Below, piece by piece: positions 51,118-63,000 of a stretch of 64,000 nt of DNA. Each line of letters starts with the position of its first letter. Within the stretch, counting starts at the first letter, position 1. Location of the stretch: NCBI GenBank assembly GCA_030248215.1, contig JASANG010001013.1, positions 372,001 to 436,000 on the forward strand. The letters run 5' to 3'. A program made the translations under genes and the position numbers. The DNA comes from Enoplolaimus lenunculus. Its lineage: Eukaryota. The notes under the pieces were generated by a model. That model was not told where the DNA came from. It worked only from the letters and a program-made list of their open reading frames with translations, and did no database searches.

Positions 51118-51307
51118 GGCCAATGTTACTTTAAGGGGCGTAACAGTAGATTAAGCGTATTTCTAAGCATAAGCCTAAGCCTGAGCGTTACAAACAATGA
51201 GTTCCTAAGCCTAAACCTAAGCCTAAACAAAAAATGTAATCTAGGATGTAAACCTACTCTTTTATAGACCCACTAGAATCCTGGACCCCCTTAAAGTAAC
51301 ATTGGCC
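51118..51307 (+). mobile_element. Family B MITE (best-preserved copy)
   Basis: Perfect 21-bp TIR GGCCAATGTTACTTTAAGGGG and perfect TSD GCAAATTG. Confidence 0.95.
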
Positions 51308-51681
51308 GCAAATTGGATACCAGGACAACGTTAACCAGATAACCCGGTTGCATTCCTATTCCATGTATCCTAATTTTGACAGTATGAGATTGACAATATT
51401 TGATAAACAATCGAAACAAATTTCAAATATTTGTCAAAAGCGAACATGTGGTCTAACGGCAGATCGATGTGAGCTGGCCTCAGTGGGGCTGGGCATTTGA
51501 GTCAGGTTTAGGCTCCGGTTGAAGTCTGTGCCCGCAGCCACTGACTGAGGATTGGTGCTAGGTTTAGGATCCTTGTAAGTAATTGGATTAAAATTTGAAA
51601 TCATATTTTAAAAAATACATTTCACGGTTCAAATAGCGTCTTCATGATGGCTTTTCTAACAGATGATCCGTTGATGATAAA

Positions 51682-51795
51682 CGTAGTTGAAGAGATGCGG
51701 TTCGTGGCGCAATGGTAGAGCGCTTGCGTCGAAGTCCGTAGGTCGCAAGTTCGACTCCACCAGTACCCCGATTTTCCAGCTGCTTAGTTAAAAGG
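51682..51795 (+). mobile_element. tRNA-derived repeat, family T2 (pseudo-tRNA)
   Basis: A-box TGGCGCAATGG, paired D arm (GCGC/GCGC) and B-box GTTCGACTC, but the T and acceptor stems do not pair. Flanks are similar to 7755-7870. Confidence 0.6.
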
Positions 51796-52018
51796 TGATG
51801 ACTGACGGTAAGCTAAAATAGCGTTTTGACAAACGGTAACAAACGTTTACGCAACGTCGTGATGCGAAGTATAATAGAGATTCAGGGCAGAGTTTGTTCG
51901 CTCGAAAAATCATTTTGAAAGATGTTGTTTGAAATATTGCTTAAATTTTGACAAAATCTCTAAATTAGACTCTAGAATGAAGCGAAATATCAGGCAGCAA
52001 AAAAACTGTCGTGGATAA

Positions 52019-52230
52019 CCCAACAACAACTGCAACAACAACAACAACGACGAGGAGGAGGAGGACAACGACGACGAAAACAACAAAACAATGGCAAAAC
52101 AACAAAAAACAACAACAAAAACAGCAACAACGACAACAACACAACAACAACAACCAACAACAACGACGACGACGACGACGACAACAACAACAAAACAACA
52201 ACAACAACAGCAGCAACAACAACGACGACG

Positions 52231-52261
<31 letters not shown>

Positions 52262-52385
52262 CGACGACGACGACGACGACGACAACAACAACAAAACAAC
52301 AACAACAACCAACAACCAACAACAACAACAACAACAACAAATTGCAGTTTGCTGCACGCAACCTGCACACAATAACAACACAACA
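52019..52385. repeat. (CAA/CGA)n microsatellite
   Basis: Compound trinucleotide run. Confidence 0.95.
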
Positions 52386-52750
52386 TTGCATTAACAATTC
52401 AACACTTGAATGCAACCGACAATTGTGGCAAAGTTATTATTACGAAGTGTTTCTATTGACCAAAAATTTGTTTACATATTTGGCTTCGAATTCAAGGTTT
52501 CCCTCAAACCCGAAAAAAAAGAAATATATTTTCCACACACAAATGACAAACATTTCTGACCACATTAATATATAATTAAAGTTGGAACACTGACGATGCA
52601 TAATTTTGGCATTGTTTCAATTCGATATTTGAATATAGTCGGAGTGGTTTTAGGCGCAGTCAAAAAACGAACGGCTCCTCTTGGTTTGGTATCCGGTGTG
52701 TTGACATCCGGCCGCTTCCTGCGCCAATCTATGAAGCTGGATAAACACAG

Positions 52751-53990
52751 GGAATATGTATAGAACAGGGCCGGAACAGTAGTATAAGCATATTCCTTTT
52801 CCTAAGCCTAAGCCTATGCCTAAGCGTATGGATGAGCCTATTCCTAAGCCTAAGCCTAAGCCTAGGCCTAAGGCTAAGCGTATGGATGAACCTATTCCTA
52901 AGCCTAAGCCTAAGCCTAGGCCTAAGGCTAAGCGTATGGATGAACCTATTCCTAAGCCTAAGCCTAAGCGTATTGGCCAATGTTACTTTAAAGGCCGTCC
53001 AATTTTCCCGGGACAGCAATGTACCAGGAGTACATTCCAAAAATATAATTGGGACAGCGGGACAGCTGGGACAGATGAGACAGTGGGACAGATGGGACGG
53101 CTGGGACAGATGGGACAGATGGGGCAGTTGGGACAATTGGGACAGATGGGACACTTGGGACAGATGGGACAGTTGGGACAGATGGGACAGTTGTGACAGA
53201 GGGACAGTTGGGACACTTGGGACAGATGGGACAGATGGGGCAGTTGGGAGAGTTGGGACAGCGGGACAGATGGGACAGTTGGGACAGATGGGACAGTTGG
53301 GACAGATGGGACAGCTGGGACACTTGGGACAGATACAGTTGGGACATTTGGGACAGATGGGACAGTTGGGACAGATGGGACAGTTGGACAGATGTGACAG
53401 TTGGGACACTTGGGACAGATGGGACAGATGGGACAGTTGGGACAGATGGGACAGTTGGGACAGATGGGACAGTTGGACAGATGTGACAGTTGGGACACTT
53501 GGGACAGATGGGACAGTTGGGACACTTAGGACAGATGGGACAGATATATATGTGAATATATATGTATATATTATATATACATATATATTATATGTATAAT
53601 ATATACACATATATAAACTTATATAGATATACACATATATATGTATATAATATATAAACATATATATTATATGTATAATATATACACATATATAAACATA
53701 TATAGATATACACACATATATATGTATATATGTATATATATTATATATACCTACGTAAATATATCTGCCTGTGCATATGTAAACAGGAGCGCATAAGTGT
53801 GCACTCCGGGTATATTTGTGTCCCGGGCAATTGGGGCGGCCTTTATAGTAACATGGGCAAGAGTATGGATGAGCCTATTCCTAAGCGTAAGCCTAAGCCT
53901 AAGCTTAAGCAAAAAAATTATTCTAAAGCTCAAACTGAGTCGATTATAGGATCTCCGGAAAACGATCCGGCCCTGTTCTATACATGGGCC
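52751..53990 (+). mobile_element. Family A MITE with nested GGCC-TIR element 52975-53859 carrying a GGGACA minisatellite (53050-53542) and an AT microsatellite
   Basis: Outer TSD AAACACAG/AAACACTG. Inner TIR GGCCAATGTTACTTTAAAGGCCG..CCCGGGACA / TGTCCCGGG..CGGCCTTTATAGTAACATGGGCA; inner TSD AGCGTATT/AGAGTATG. Confidence 0.88.
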
Positions 53991-55487
53991 AAACACTGTA
54001 TACACAGGCCGTCCCTGCAAAAAGGATTCATATTTTGCCACGTGTTTTTGTAATGTGCGACTATATCTAACGTTTCTTTAACATAGTTTCTAATATAAAA
54101 TTGTTATCTTGGCCGTTGTATTAATTGTAATATACGTTCAGTAAACACAGCTGTGCAAGCACACTGTAAAAAATGGCGAGTCAAATTGACTGTCACTGAA
54201 ATAGGCTCTACGGAACTTTACAAACTGAGTCAAATTCGACTCCGCCACAGTCAAACGTGCGACAGTTTGGAAAAGTCTATTTCGGAGAGAGTCAACTTGA
54301 CTCACCATTTTTTTGCAGTGATTTCAGTAAGGATGCAACCGGAAACGAAAAATGTGCCGGAACCAGAAGGTCGACAAAGTTTGCCGGCGTCCAAACGAGG
54401 GTTGAAAATGAGGCAAAATTAGACAATTGAAAGTGACGTTCAACTCGCTAATTTTAACAATAATTTATAAAAAGTTGTCAAAATTTTCTGTTAAACTTTA
54501 TTTTTTGATAAATATCGACTATTAAAATTCCGGAGAACGAAGAAAAGTTAAGAAAAATATTAATGAACGACGCAAATTTTATAAAAATAACAAACATTGG
54601 CTGGGTTTCTGAAACCCTACTTCAGTATCACTTGGAACATAAGTACGTGCTAAGTAATTACTTAACCATTTTGTCGTTTTTAAAATCGTACTTAAGTAAA
54701 TACTTAACCCGCTGACTAAATCTTACAGATTACAAATTAACCGTTCAGGTATACAAACTTTGGTTCAATTGAAATTGCATACTCGTGCTGCCTCCTTTAT
54801 ATATAATAAAAACTATTACTTTTTTGTTATGATAATGACTCACATTAGGCGTTTACCTGTTTTGTTCGAAAAGTTAAGTATTCACTTAGTCAGCGACTTA
54901 AGTAATAAGCATAGCTTAAGTAAATACTTAAGTAACATTTTAGAAACGCGGCCATTAAAGTACTAAAACTGCCGTATCCTGCAGCAACAAATTTACCGAA
55001 GCCGGAAATTGATTTTCTGCCGGATCCGTCAGACATTTTTTCTCTGACAGATTTCACTAATAAACGGATATAAAAAATTACTGAAAACGAAACCATAAAC
55101 CGGTTATTATTATTATAACGACATTAGTGCAAATACGACAGAAACAACATAGCAATTTGAACTCGAGTCTGTATTCTCAAATGTGTGTAGCACCTATCAC
55201 AAGTGAGCAAAAAGACTTGAAACAGACGCATTCAGAGCGCTGACGATGTCAAACTTGTATCATACGAAGGAACAATCAAATATGAAACACGGACCAGATT
55301 TCAAAGCTCTCGTTCGGTTGCTTCAAAACTTACCAGCCTATCAGCAACTGGTCATAGACGCTTCACACATCTGAGAATACGAAGTTACAGTGTAAATTAA
55401 ATTTGGCCATTTAGAACTATAAATCTTTAAATTGAAATGCGAGTTGTAGTTTCAAGATAACGTTTGAATTACCATTAAACAGTAATA

Positions 55488-55683
55488 CACTGTAAAAATG
55501 GGGTCAAATTGACTCCCTCGGAAACAGGCTTTTCCTGACTACACAAACTGAGTCAAATTTGACTCCGCCAGAGTCAACAGTGAATCGAATTCGACTCTGG
55601 CGGAGTCAAATTTGACTCGGTTTGTGTAGTTAGGAAAAGCCTGTTTTCGAGAGAGTCAATTTGACTCACCATTTTTTACAGTG
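55488..55683. mobile_element. CACTG-ended palindromic MITE ending 23 bp upstream of the MCFD2-like ATG
   Basis: Near-perfect about 196-bp hairpin flanked by TA. Confidence 0.85.
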
Positions 55684-55706
55684 TACCTTAAGATCACTGT
55701 GCTAAT

Positions 55707-58689
55707 ATGTATCTTGGAACATATTTCATATTCACTCTTTACCTTTGTCTAATTTCATCAGTTACAGCATTAGACTCATCCAGTACAAGTCAGCGTCATA
55801 TTCATAATCCAAATGAATTTATTGCTAATTTAGAGTACGTCCTATACTATATTTCTAACAGAAAAATATCACAGGCTTTCGGATCATTTTTTGGGAAACC
55901 TCAAAGTTAGCTTGTTCGGAATTTAGGTAGCCAACCATAGATGCCACATCGGAATAACTGCAATCTGTGAAAACATGTTGTTCAAAATTGATAGCTTTAC
56001 GTCACCGCACGAGTCGTTACGTGTTTTAGGGCATTTCAAACAACAGAGACGGATGTGAAAACACAGGAACCGGAAGACATTTGCAGAGACCGCAGTTGAT
56101 GCAAAATTACGTCACAAAAATAAAGTTTGAATTTTACAAATTCTAATAAATAATTTGCAAAACGAATTGTCAAACCATCGTTCAACTGCTTCGGTTTTAA
56201 AACCTCTGCATAAAAAAGTATTTTAAAATTGCCGAAAAATTAAAAATCAACTCGCTCAAGGGTACAACTTTTATAAAAATACAAATCCATTTGACCAAAC
56301 TTCCGGCAAAAAAATGTTTCCGGAGCCAGAGGCATACCTTCGATTGTACTCTGCTGGAATTTATATAAAATCCGCACACTGTAAATTACAATGAGTTGAT
56401 TAATCAATTCAGCTTGCGAGCTGGTTATTTCTGAATTAATAACTGTAAACATTAACTCACTCGGACTTGAGTTGATTCTCACTCTGAGTTGAGTTGACTC
56501 TGGCTGAGTTGAGTAATTAAACTCAGGATGAATTGAATCAACTTAAAATTCTGAGCTCTGATAGTCCTAACTCAGACTGAATGATGCAACTCATTCTGAG
56601 TTAAAATCAACTCACTGAAATTTACTGTGCAGGTCGTTTGCTTGCAAAGTGTAAACTAACAACCAACGCCAATTACAGCATTTATATTTCATTTCAGTAT
56701 CGGTCACATGAAAGAACATTTACGTGATTATATCGACGTTAAAAAAGAAATCGAAAAACTGCCTCCAAGCGAAACTCATTTCTATTATTTTCTACTTGGA
56801 GACGTTGATAACGATCAGTACTTGGACGGATTGGATATAATTAAATGGATCACTAAAGATCACGAAGGTAAGGACAGTTGTGGTGGTTACGGTAACGATG
56901 GGTTGAATATAATGAAGTGGATCACTGTTGTCGTGGTTACGGTAACGATGGGTAGGATATAATGAAGTGGATCACTAAAGATCACGAAGGTAAGGACAGT
57001 TGTGGTGGTAATACGGTAACTATGGATCGAATATAATTAAATGGATCACTGAAGATTACGAAGGTAAGGACAGTTGTGGTGGTAATACGGTAACTATGGA
57101 TCGAATATAATTAAATGGATCACTAAAGATTACGAAGGTAGGGACAGTTGTGATGGTAATACGGTAACGATGGGTAGGATATAATGAAGTGGATCACTAA
57201 AGATCACGAAGGTAAGGACAGTTGTGGTGGTAATACGGTAACTATGGATCGAATATAATTAAATGGATCACTAAAGATTGCGAAGGTAAGGACAGTTGTG
57301 GTGGTAATACGGTAACTATGGATCGAATATAATTAAATGGATCACTAAAGATTGCGAAGGTAAGGACAGTTGTGGTGGTAATACGGTAACTATGGATCGA
57401 ATATAATTAAATGGATCACTAAAGATTACGAAGGTAAGGACAGTTGTGGTGGTAATACGGTAACTATGGATCGAATATAATTAAATGGATCACTAAAGAT
57501 TACGAAGGTAGGGACAGTTGTGGTGGTAATACGGTAACGATGGGTCGGATATAATGAAGTGGATCACTAAAGATTACGAAGGTAAGGACAGTTGTGGTGG
57601 TTACGGTAACTATGAATCGGATATAATTAAATGGATCACTAAAGATCACGAAGGTAAGGACAGTTGTGGTGATAATACGGTAACTATGGATCGGATACAA
57701 TTAAATGGATCACTAAAGATCACGAAGGTAAGGACAGTTGTGGCGATAATACGGTAACTATGAATCGGATATAATTAAATGGATCACTAAAGATCACGAA
57801 GGTAGACAATTTAATGATGACTGTGGGGGTTATGGTAACTTCGGTTTTTACTCCACCGACCGTTCGCAACAAAATAATTGTATGTTTAACACTGAGATTT
57901 AATAAACAAAGAAAACTAAGTTTATAACAGCACATCTTTTGTTGGGCTCCTAGTTGCTTAATAGACAAAGGTTTGTATACATCAATGCAGACCACACTGC
58001 TAAAAATGGCGAGTCAAATTGACTCTCTCCAAAATAGGCTCTACGAGCCTACACAGAGTCAAATTCGAATCCGCCACACTCAAATTCGACTCACTGTCGC
58101 ACGTTTTAATATGACGGTGTCGAATTTGACTCAGTTGCAGTCCCGTAGAGCCTATTTCGCAGACAGAGTCAATTTGACTCACCATAATTTGCTGCAGTGT
58201 ATGCAAAACTAAAATTCTGGGTTGAAATTTCAAACTTAATCCATAAAAATCTATCTGGCTTCTACTCGCTTCGTTTGTGACGTTTCTTCCTCTGATCTTT
58301 TGTCTTAATTCCTGACTGCCTATAGATCACGTTCACGCTATATTATATACTAAAGCACGGGGTGTATCTATGGTGGATCCCCGAGACTGGACACTGGACC
58401 CAGTATATTAACCAAAACTTTGTATAAGTAATTTTCATTAACCAAAACCAAAATCTTCCATCTTCTAAGTCCTTCAATTTCTATCTCCCAGCGGGGCATC
58501 CTCCAAGATGAGCTGTGAGCTGCTTGTGCTTTAAACATTTTAGAACACGGGATACCAGTGCCTGCATTAGAACAAATGGAAACTGAAGCAGATACAACGC
58601 TCAAAATAGCCGATGTAAATGAAGACGGAAAAATTGACTTTGCTGAATTTATTTCAGCTCGTGAAAAGGATATGGAACTACATAATTAA
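55707..58689 (+). CDS. MCFD2: MCFD2-like secretory-pathway double EF-hand protein
   Basis: Exons 55707-55834, 56698-56867 and 58544-58689; phases match. Signal peptide, HMKEHL, HFYYF, EF1 DVDNDQYLDGLD and EF2 DVNEDGKIDFAEF resemble MCFD2 (HIMEHL, LHYF, DYDGNNLLDGLE, DKNNDGYIDYAEF). Confidence 0.85.
56833..57805. repeat. 74-bp tandem array (about 13 copies) spanning an exon end and 5' splice site
   Basis: Unit ...AATTAAATGGATCACTAAAGAT(C/T)ACGAAG|GTAAGGACAGTTGTGGTGGTAATACGGTAACTATGGATCG; phase repeats every 370 bp (5x74). Confidence 0.95.
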
Positions 58690-59552
58690 AACCTTCTCAG
58701 TGAAGAGTACGTATAGCAGGAGCAGGTTAGCTCAAACTGCGCACTCGAAATACGCGTAAGTAGGTATATATAACTCTACAGGACGCAACACTCGCATCGG
58801 ACACAGACTCGTACAGTTACGGTTTGACAGCAAATCAATTCCCTCAAGCGAACGCTGTACAAATCGTTGCTTAAATTCGAATCTCTCATCTGTGAATCCA
58901 CACATATACTGCCGAAATTACCAGTATAACAAGCAAAAACCACAAGTCATTTCTGCTTCCGGCTGTTGGGCTCAACCGGTAAATCTTCGTTAATCCTTTA
59001 TGAGCAAATAACTGAACTTTATAATATCACATTACCGCCGATTGTGAAGCCCTTTCAGAGAAACAGATTTCAAGCATACAATGGCGTAAAGGTAACTTGG
59101 CTATAGCCGTTACCGATGTATATTTTTGATCTGCATGACTTGAAAACAGGAACAAAACCAACTTTAAGCATTATTTTAACTTACGTTGAACTCAAAATAA
59201 ATCTTCAATTCAACAAAAACACAGTCCATTTAATATACAAAAGAATACGGCCAAAAACTCGTAATAATTGCGTATTCAAATACTTTGAGTGCAAACTCGA
59301 CTTGTAATACAATTAAAACACATGAAACGGACATCGAGAAAAGGACTACATAAAGGAGATATAGGATACAGGGTTGAGCTAAAATCACGAACTTCTCACA
59401 CGCTGTAAGATTGAAAGCACAATAATTGCATCGTTAGACCTCTTGTAAGTCGTTTGAACTTTTCAAATTAACCCTTTGTGGGCCGAATATACTTCTACGG
59501 TACTTATGCTACATTGTCTTTAACGATATTTGCAAACAAAAGTTTTTGAATC

Positions 59553-59995
59553 CCGGCGCCGTCTTCCAGCGTGCCAAAATCTCTTCACCGCTATATTTTT
59601 CTCCTTGGCATATTTTTTCCCTGCCATATTTTCCCCTCGCCACATTTTGTTCGTCTGCCACCATGGTAAAACTACATGCCGGAAAGCGAGACACCGGAAC
59701 ATGATACGCATCGTGAATTTAATTTTTTTACGGCGACCGGCGCAATATGTCAACCAGAAACAACACAGTTTAGATTTAGTCCCTTGAAATAAGTGATGAG
59801 TATCTAACATTTTTTCATATCCGGAAATCCGAATAACCGACTTGCAAAGGTAAACCATGCTACCCTAGTTCAGGTCGAAATTATAGTATGTTCCAAGTGC
59901 TCAAAAACATTGCAAGGGGGAAAATATGGCAAAAGGCAAAATATGGCTGGAGAAAAATATCGCAGTGGGTAAATATGGCACGACACCGGCACCGG
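59553..59995. mobile_element. Small foldback-like element
   Basis: CCGGCGCCG..GTGCCA..(GCCATATTTTCCCC modules) inverted against (GGGGAAAATATGGC modules)..TGGCAC..CGGCACCGG. Confidence 0.5.
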
Positions 59996-60096
59996 ACGAC
60001 AAGTACTTCGCCTCCCTTATCCTACACAACACAAGAAACCAAGGACAACATTCACAACAACGAAATAATCATCTACAAATCTAACATAACTTCAAG

Positions 60097-63000
60097 CTAA
60101 GACATTAATTCATTTGCGCACAGCGTTTGAAAAGCAGCAACCATTTCTTTAGGAACGTAGTGAACAAAATCTAAAAAAATAAAATGTAAAATATTAAAAT
60201 TTAAGTCTTATAATTTTGATTGCACAATTGAATCATTTTGTTCTGTCAACATTAAACAACATCCACAAGGTTTTCAAATATAACGACCATTCACCATAAA
60301 ACAACAATGTAGAAGTAAAAACTTTATTTTATTTGCTTATTTTCGAAATCAGCACCATATGTTTGTATAATGTGTAAACTATGAATAACTTAAAGAAGTA
60401 TATGGTATACAGCCACAATTACCAATTCCAAAATCAGTTAAGTTTCAAATTTTGCCGAATAAAATAAAAAATGAATGAAAAAATACTTAAAACATCCAGT
60501 TTACAATATTAAAGAAAGAAAAAATGCTTACATTTGAGCAATTCCGGATTTTCGGGGAGCAGCAATCGAGATGCTTCGTCAAACAAATATCTCAAATCGT
60601 TTGTTTTCTTAAACGTTTTCATCATGGAATGAATTGCATGTTTGTGACCAGGAACACGATCATTTATCTAAAAATAAAATATTATAAAACATTTGCCTAT
60701 TGTGTGTAAAATTTTGAAAGCAAAAATTTACTGTATATAATTTTGTGCAAAAAGTGAAACTCATTGTTTGAAAAAGTGATATAAACACTATCTGTCATTT
60801 ACGTATAAAACAATGTTACAGAATCAATAAATATGGCATGCGTAACAAACTAACCGTGTCTATAATGGTAGCCTTATGCGAAATTCGTTTATTGTCTTAT
60901 ACCAGTTATTTTTACTTGTGCTAACATCTTCATTAAAATCCCTAAAACATCGTTCTGCACCAGCTTAAGTTATTATCTTTATCTTACCCCAGCAAACTTT
61001 CTCACAACTTGTTTCAGAGCAGCAAATATGCTCAGAACTTTATCGAGGGTGGGTAACCATGTTAAATTATCTTTACAGTAACTATGCCAACAAGCTTACA
61101 AGTCTAATAAATTCTTTATTAACATCAGAACTAGACCGTGTTTTTGACGTTGATTCAAGATCTGAATATTTCACACGCTCTTGAACATTTTCGCGTACTA
61201 CAGGCTCTGTACAATATTGTGCATTGACACTACGAGAATGTGATTCTTGCGACTCTTGTGCGAATATATCGTGCTAAAATAAAAAAAGAACGCTTACACA
61301 ACCCAAAAAGAGTATTAAACCAGAGATGGGCGGTTTTGGTTAAAAAACGGTACCCGAGACCGACACCCGACCTACTGGCACGGCAACTGCTGGTCTCGGT
61401 CTGTTTTTAACCGTTATCAAACGTTTTCTAGCTGAAGATTAATCGAAAATTTTTTTAGAAACTGCTTTTTGTTTAAGCATAGAAACTTGTTAAAACTGCT
61501 CCGAATTACTTAAAATAATAAATTCAAACTTAAAAAAACCGTCGAAATTTATTTCAATTTATTTCTCCAGAATTACAGTTTTTGTGTTTTCATCATCCAT
61601 TGTTGGCGTATACTAAATAATTTTTCGTATTACGATCTGTTCGTTATGAAGGTTGACCAGAAGAATAAAACGTAAGTTTGTTTTGGTCTTTGGTTTTCGA
61701 TTGTAACCTCCGAGACTTAAAAAATCGAAACCAAGACCGCTCATCTCTGGTAAAAGCACACAGCTATTGTTGCAATATTGTTAGTGATTTCATTCAATTT
61801 CAAATAGTAAGAATTTTTGTGTTACACCTACGTACTATTTAGCCACGCAAACAAGCATTGTTAAGAGTATTGTGGGTTCGACAAATTTTTCAACCGGGGC
61901 AAATAACTTCTTTTAAGTTAATTCCTTTAATGCTTATTCGACAAGTGGGAACGAAGATATCCGTGATGGGGGCTCCAGTCGCCTTTGTCTCTGTCTAAGT
62001 TTTTGGCTAAGCGAGCGAAGGTTCCCAAACTCTTTCTATAGATTTCGCGTCAATTCCATTACCTTCAACCTTAGCACTACACAAGAGATCAGTTAACATA
62101 CCTTTGCAATTTTAATCCTTGGTCTTTTCGCCTCGCTGTTATGTTTTGGATTCCGTGTTGTCATCGATTTAAACCTCCAATCAGTAGCAGTCACCGCTGA
62201 ATCAGATGTGTTTGAACAAGACGCCATTGGCCGCTTGTTATGAAACATATTTGGTGAATTTGACGAGTAAAAATTTGCTGCAAAATTTACGCTGTTTAAG
62301 CGGTTGGTGTAGTTGTTTGCAGCTGCATGATTGCTTGTTTCCTGGAAAAACACAAAAATTGTAACAAAGAACACAGTAAACAAAAAAGAAAATCAAGAAT
62401 ATTACCTATTTTTCCGACAAATACGTAGGAAACATTTATCACACACAATTAAGGGATGCAACAAACACCATCACAGACTCAGTAGCACTAACAGCAGTAC
62501 AAAACATTTTAAACAATAAATTCACACACAAAAGTAACAACTTTTTATTCTCATTTTCTCCTCAATTTCAATTACTACAGGAAAAGTAAACTAAGGACAT
62601 AACTCAGAAAATTTAATAAAACTAGAAAATATCTAAATTACAGCCACCGGCCGAATTGAGTGCGTAGTAACCGCGGTTGCGTCTGCGACTGCGGAAAAAT
62701 AATCGCAGTTCAATTTTTTTATGCTCGCGCACACTGGTGTCCACAGATGAGATTATAAACAAGTTAATGCTAACAATCGCAGTTGCGGTCGCGGTTGTGA
62801 TCGCAGTAACTATAAGCAGTTCAAACCGCGTTTTGCAAGCGAATGCATCCACGAAACAGCTAATCGCAATTAAATTCGCGGTTATGAACGCGATCTCGAC
62901 TGCACTTCATTCAGCCTGTAACTGTACATTTATCAGCACCTGCAATCAGCACAAATCCTATCACTTTTATCCTGAAAAATGTTGTTGCCACCTCACTGCA

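Noticed and set aside
51697..51770. Functional tRNA gene
   Set aside because: T and acceptor stems do not pair, and the anticodon loop is 8 nt.
46885..52415. PolyQ/N/T and polyV/L/C ORFs at 46.9-47.4 kb and 51.9-52.4 kb
   Set aside because: CAA microsatellites with no splice or homology support.
52729..53715. Cys-rich metallothionein-like or collagen-like ORFs
   Set aside because: Translations of the GGGACA minisatellite within a nested element.
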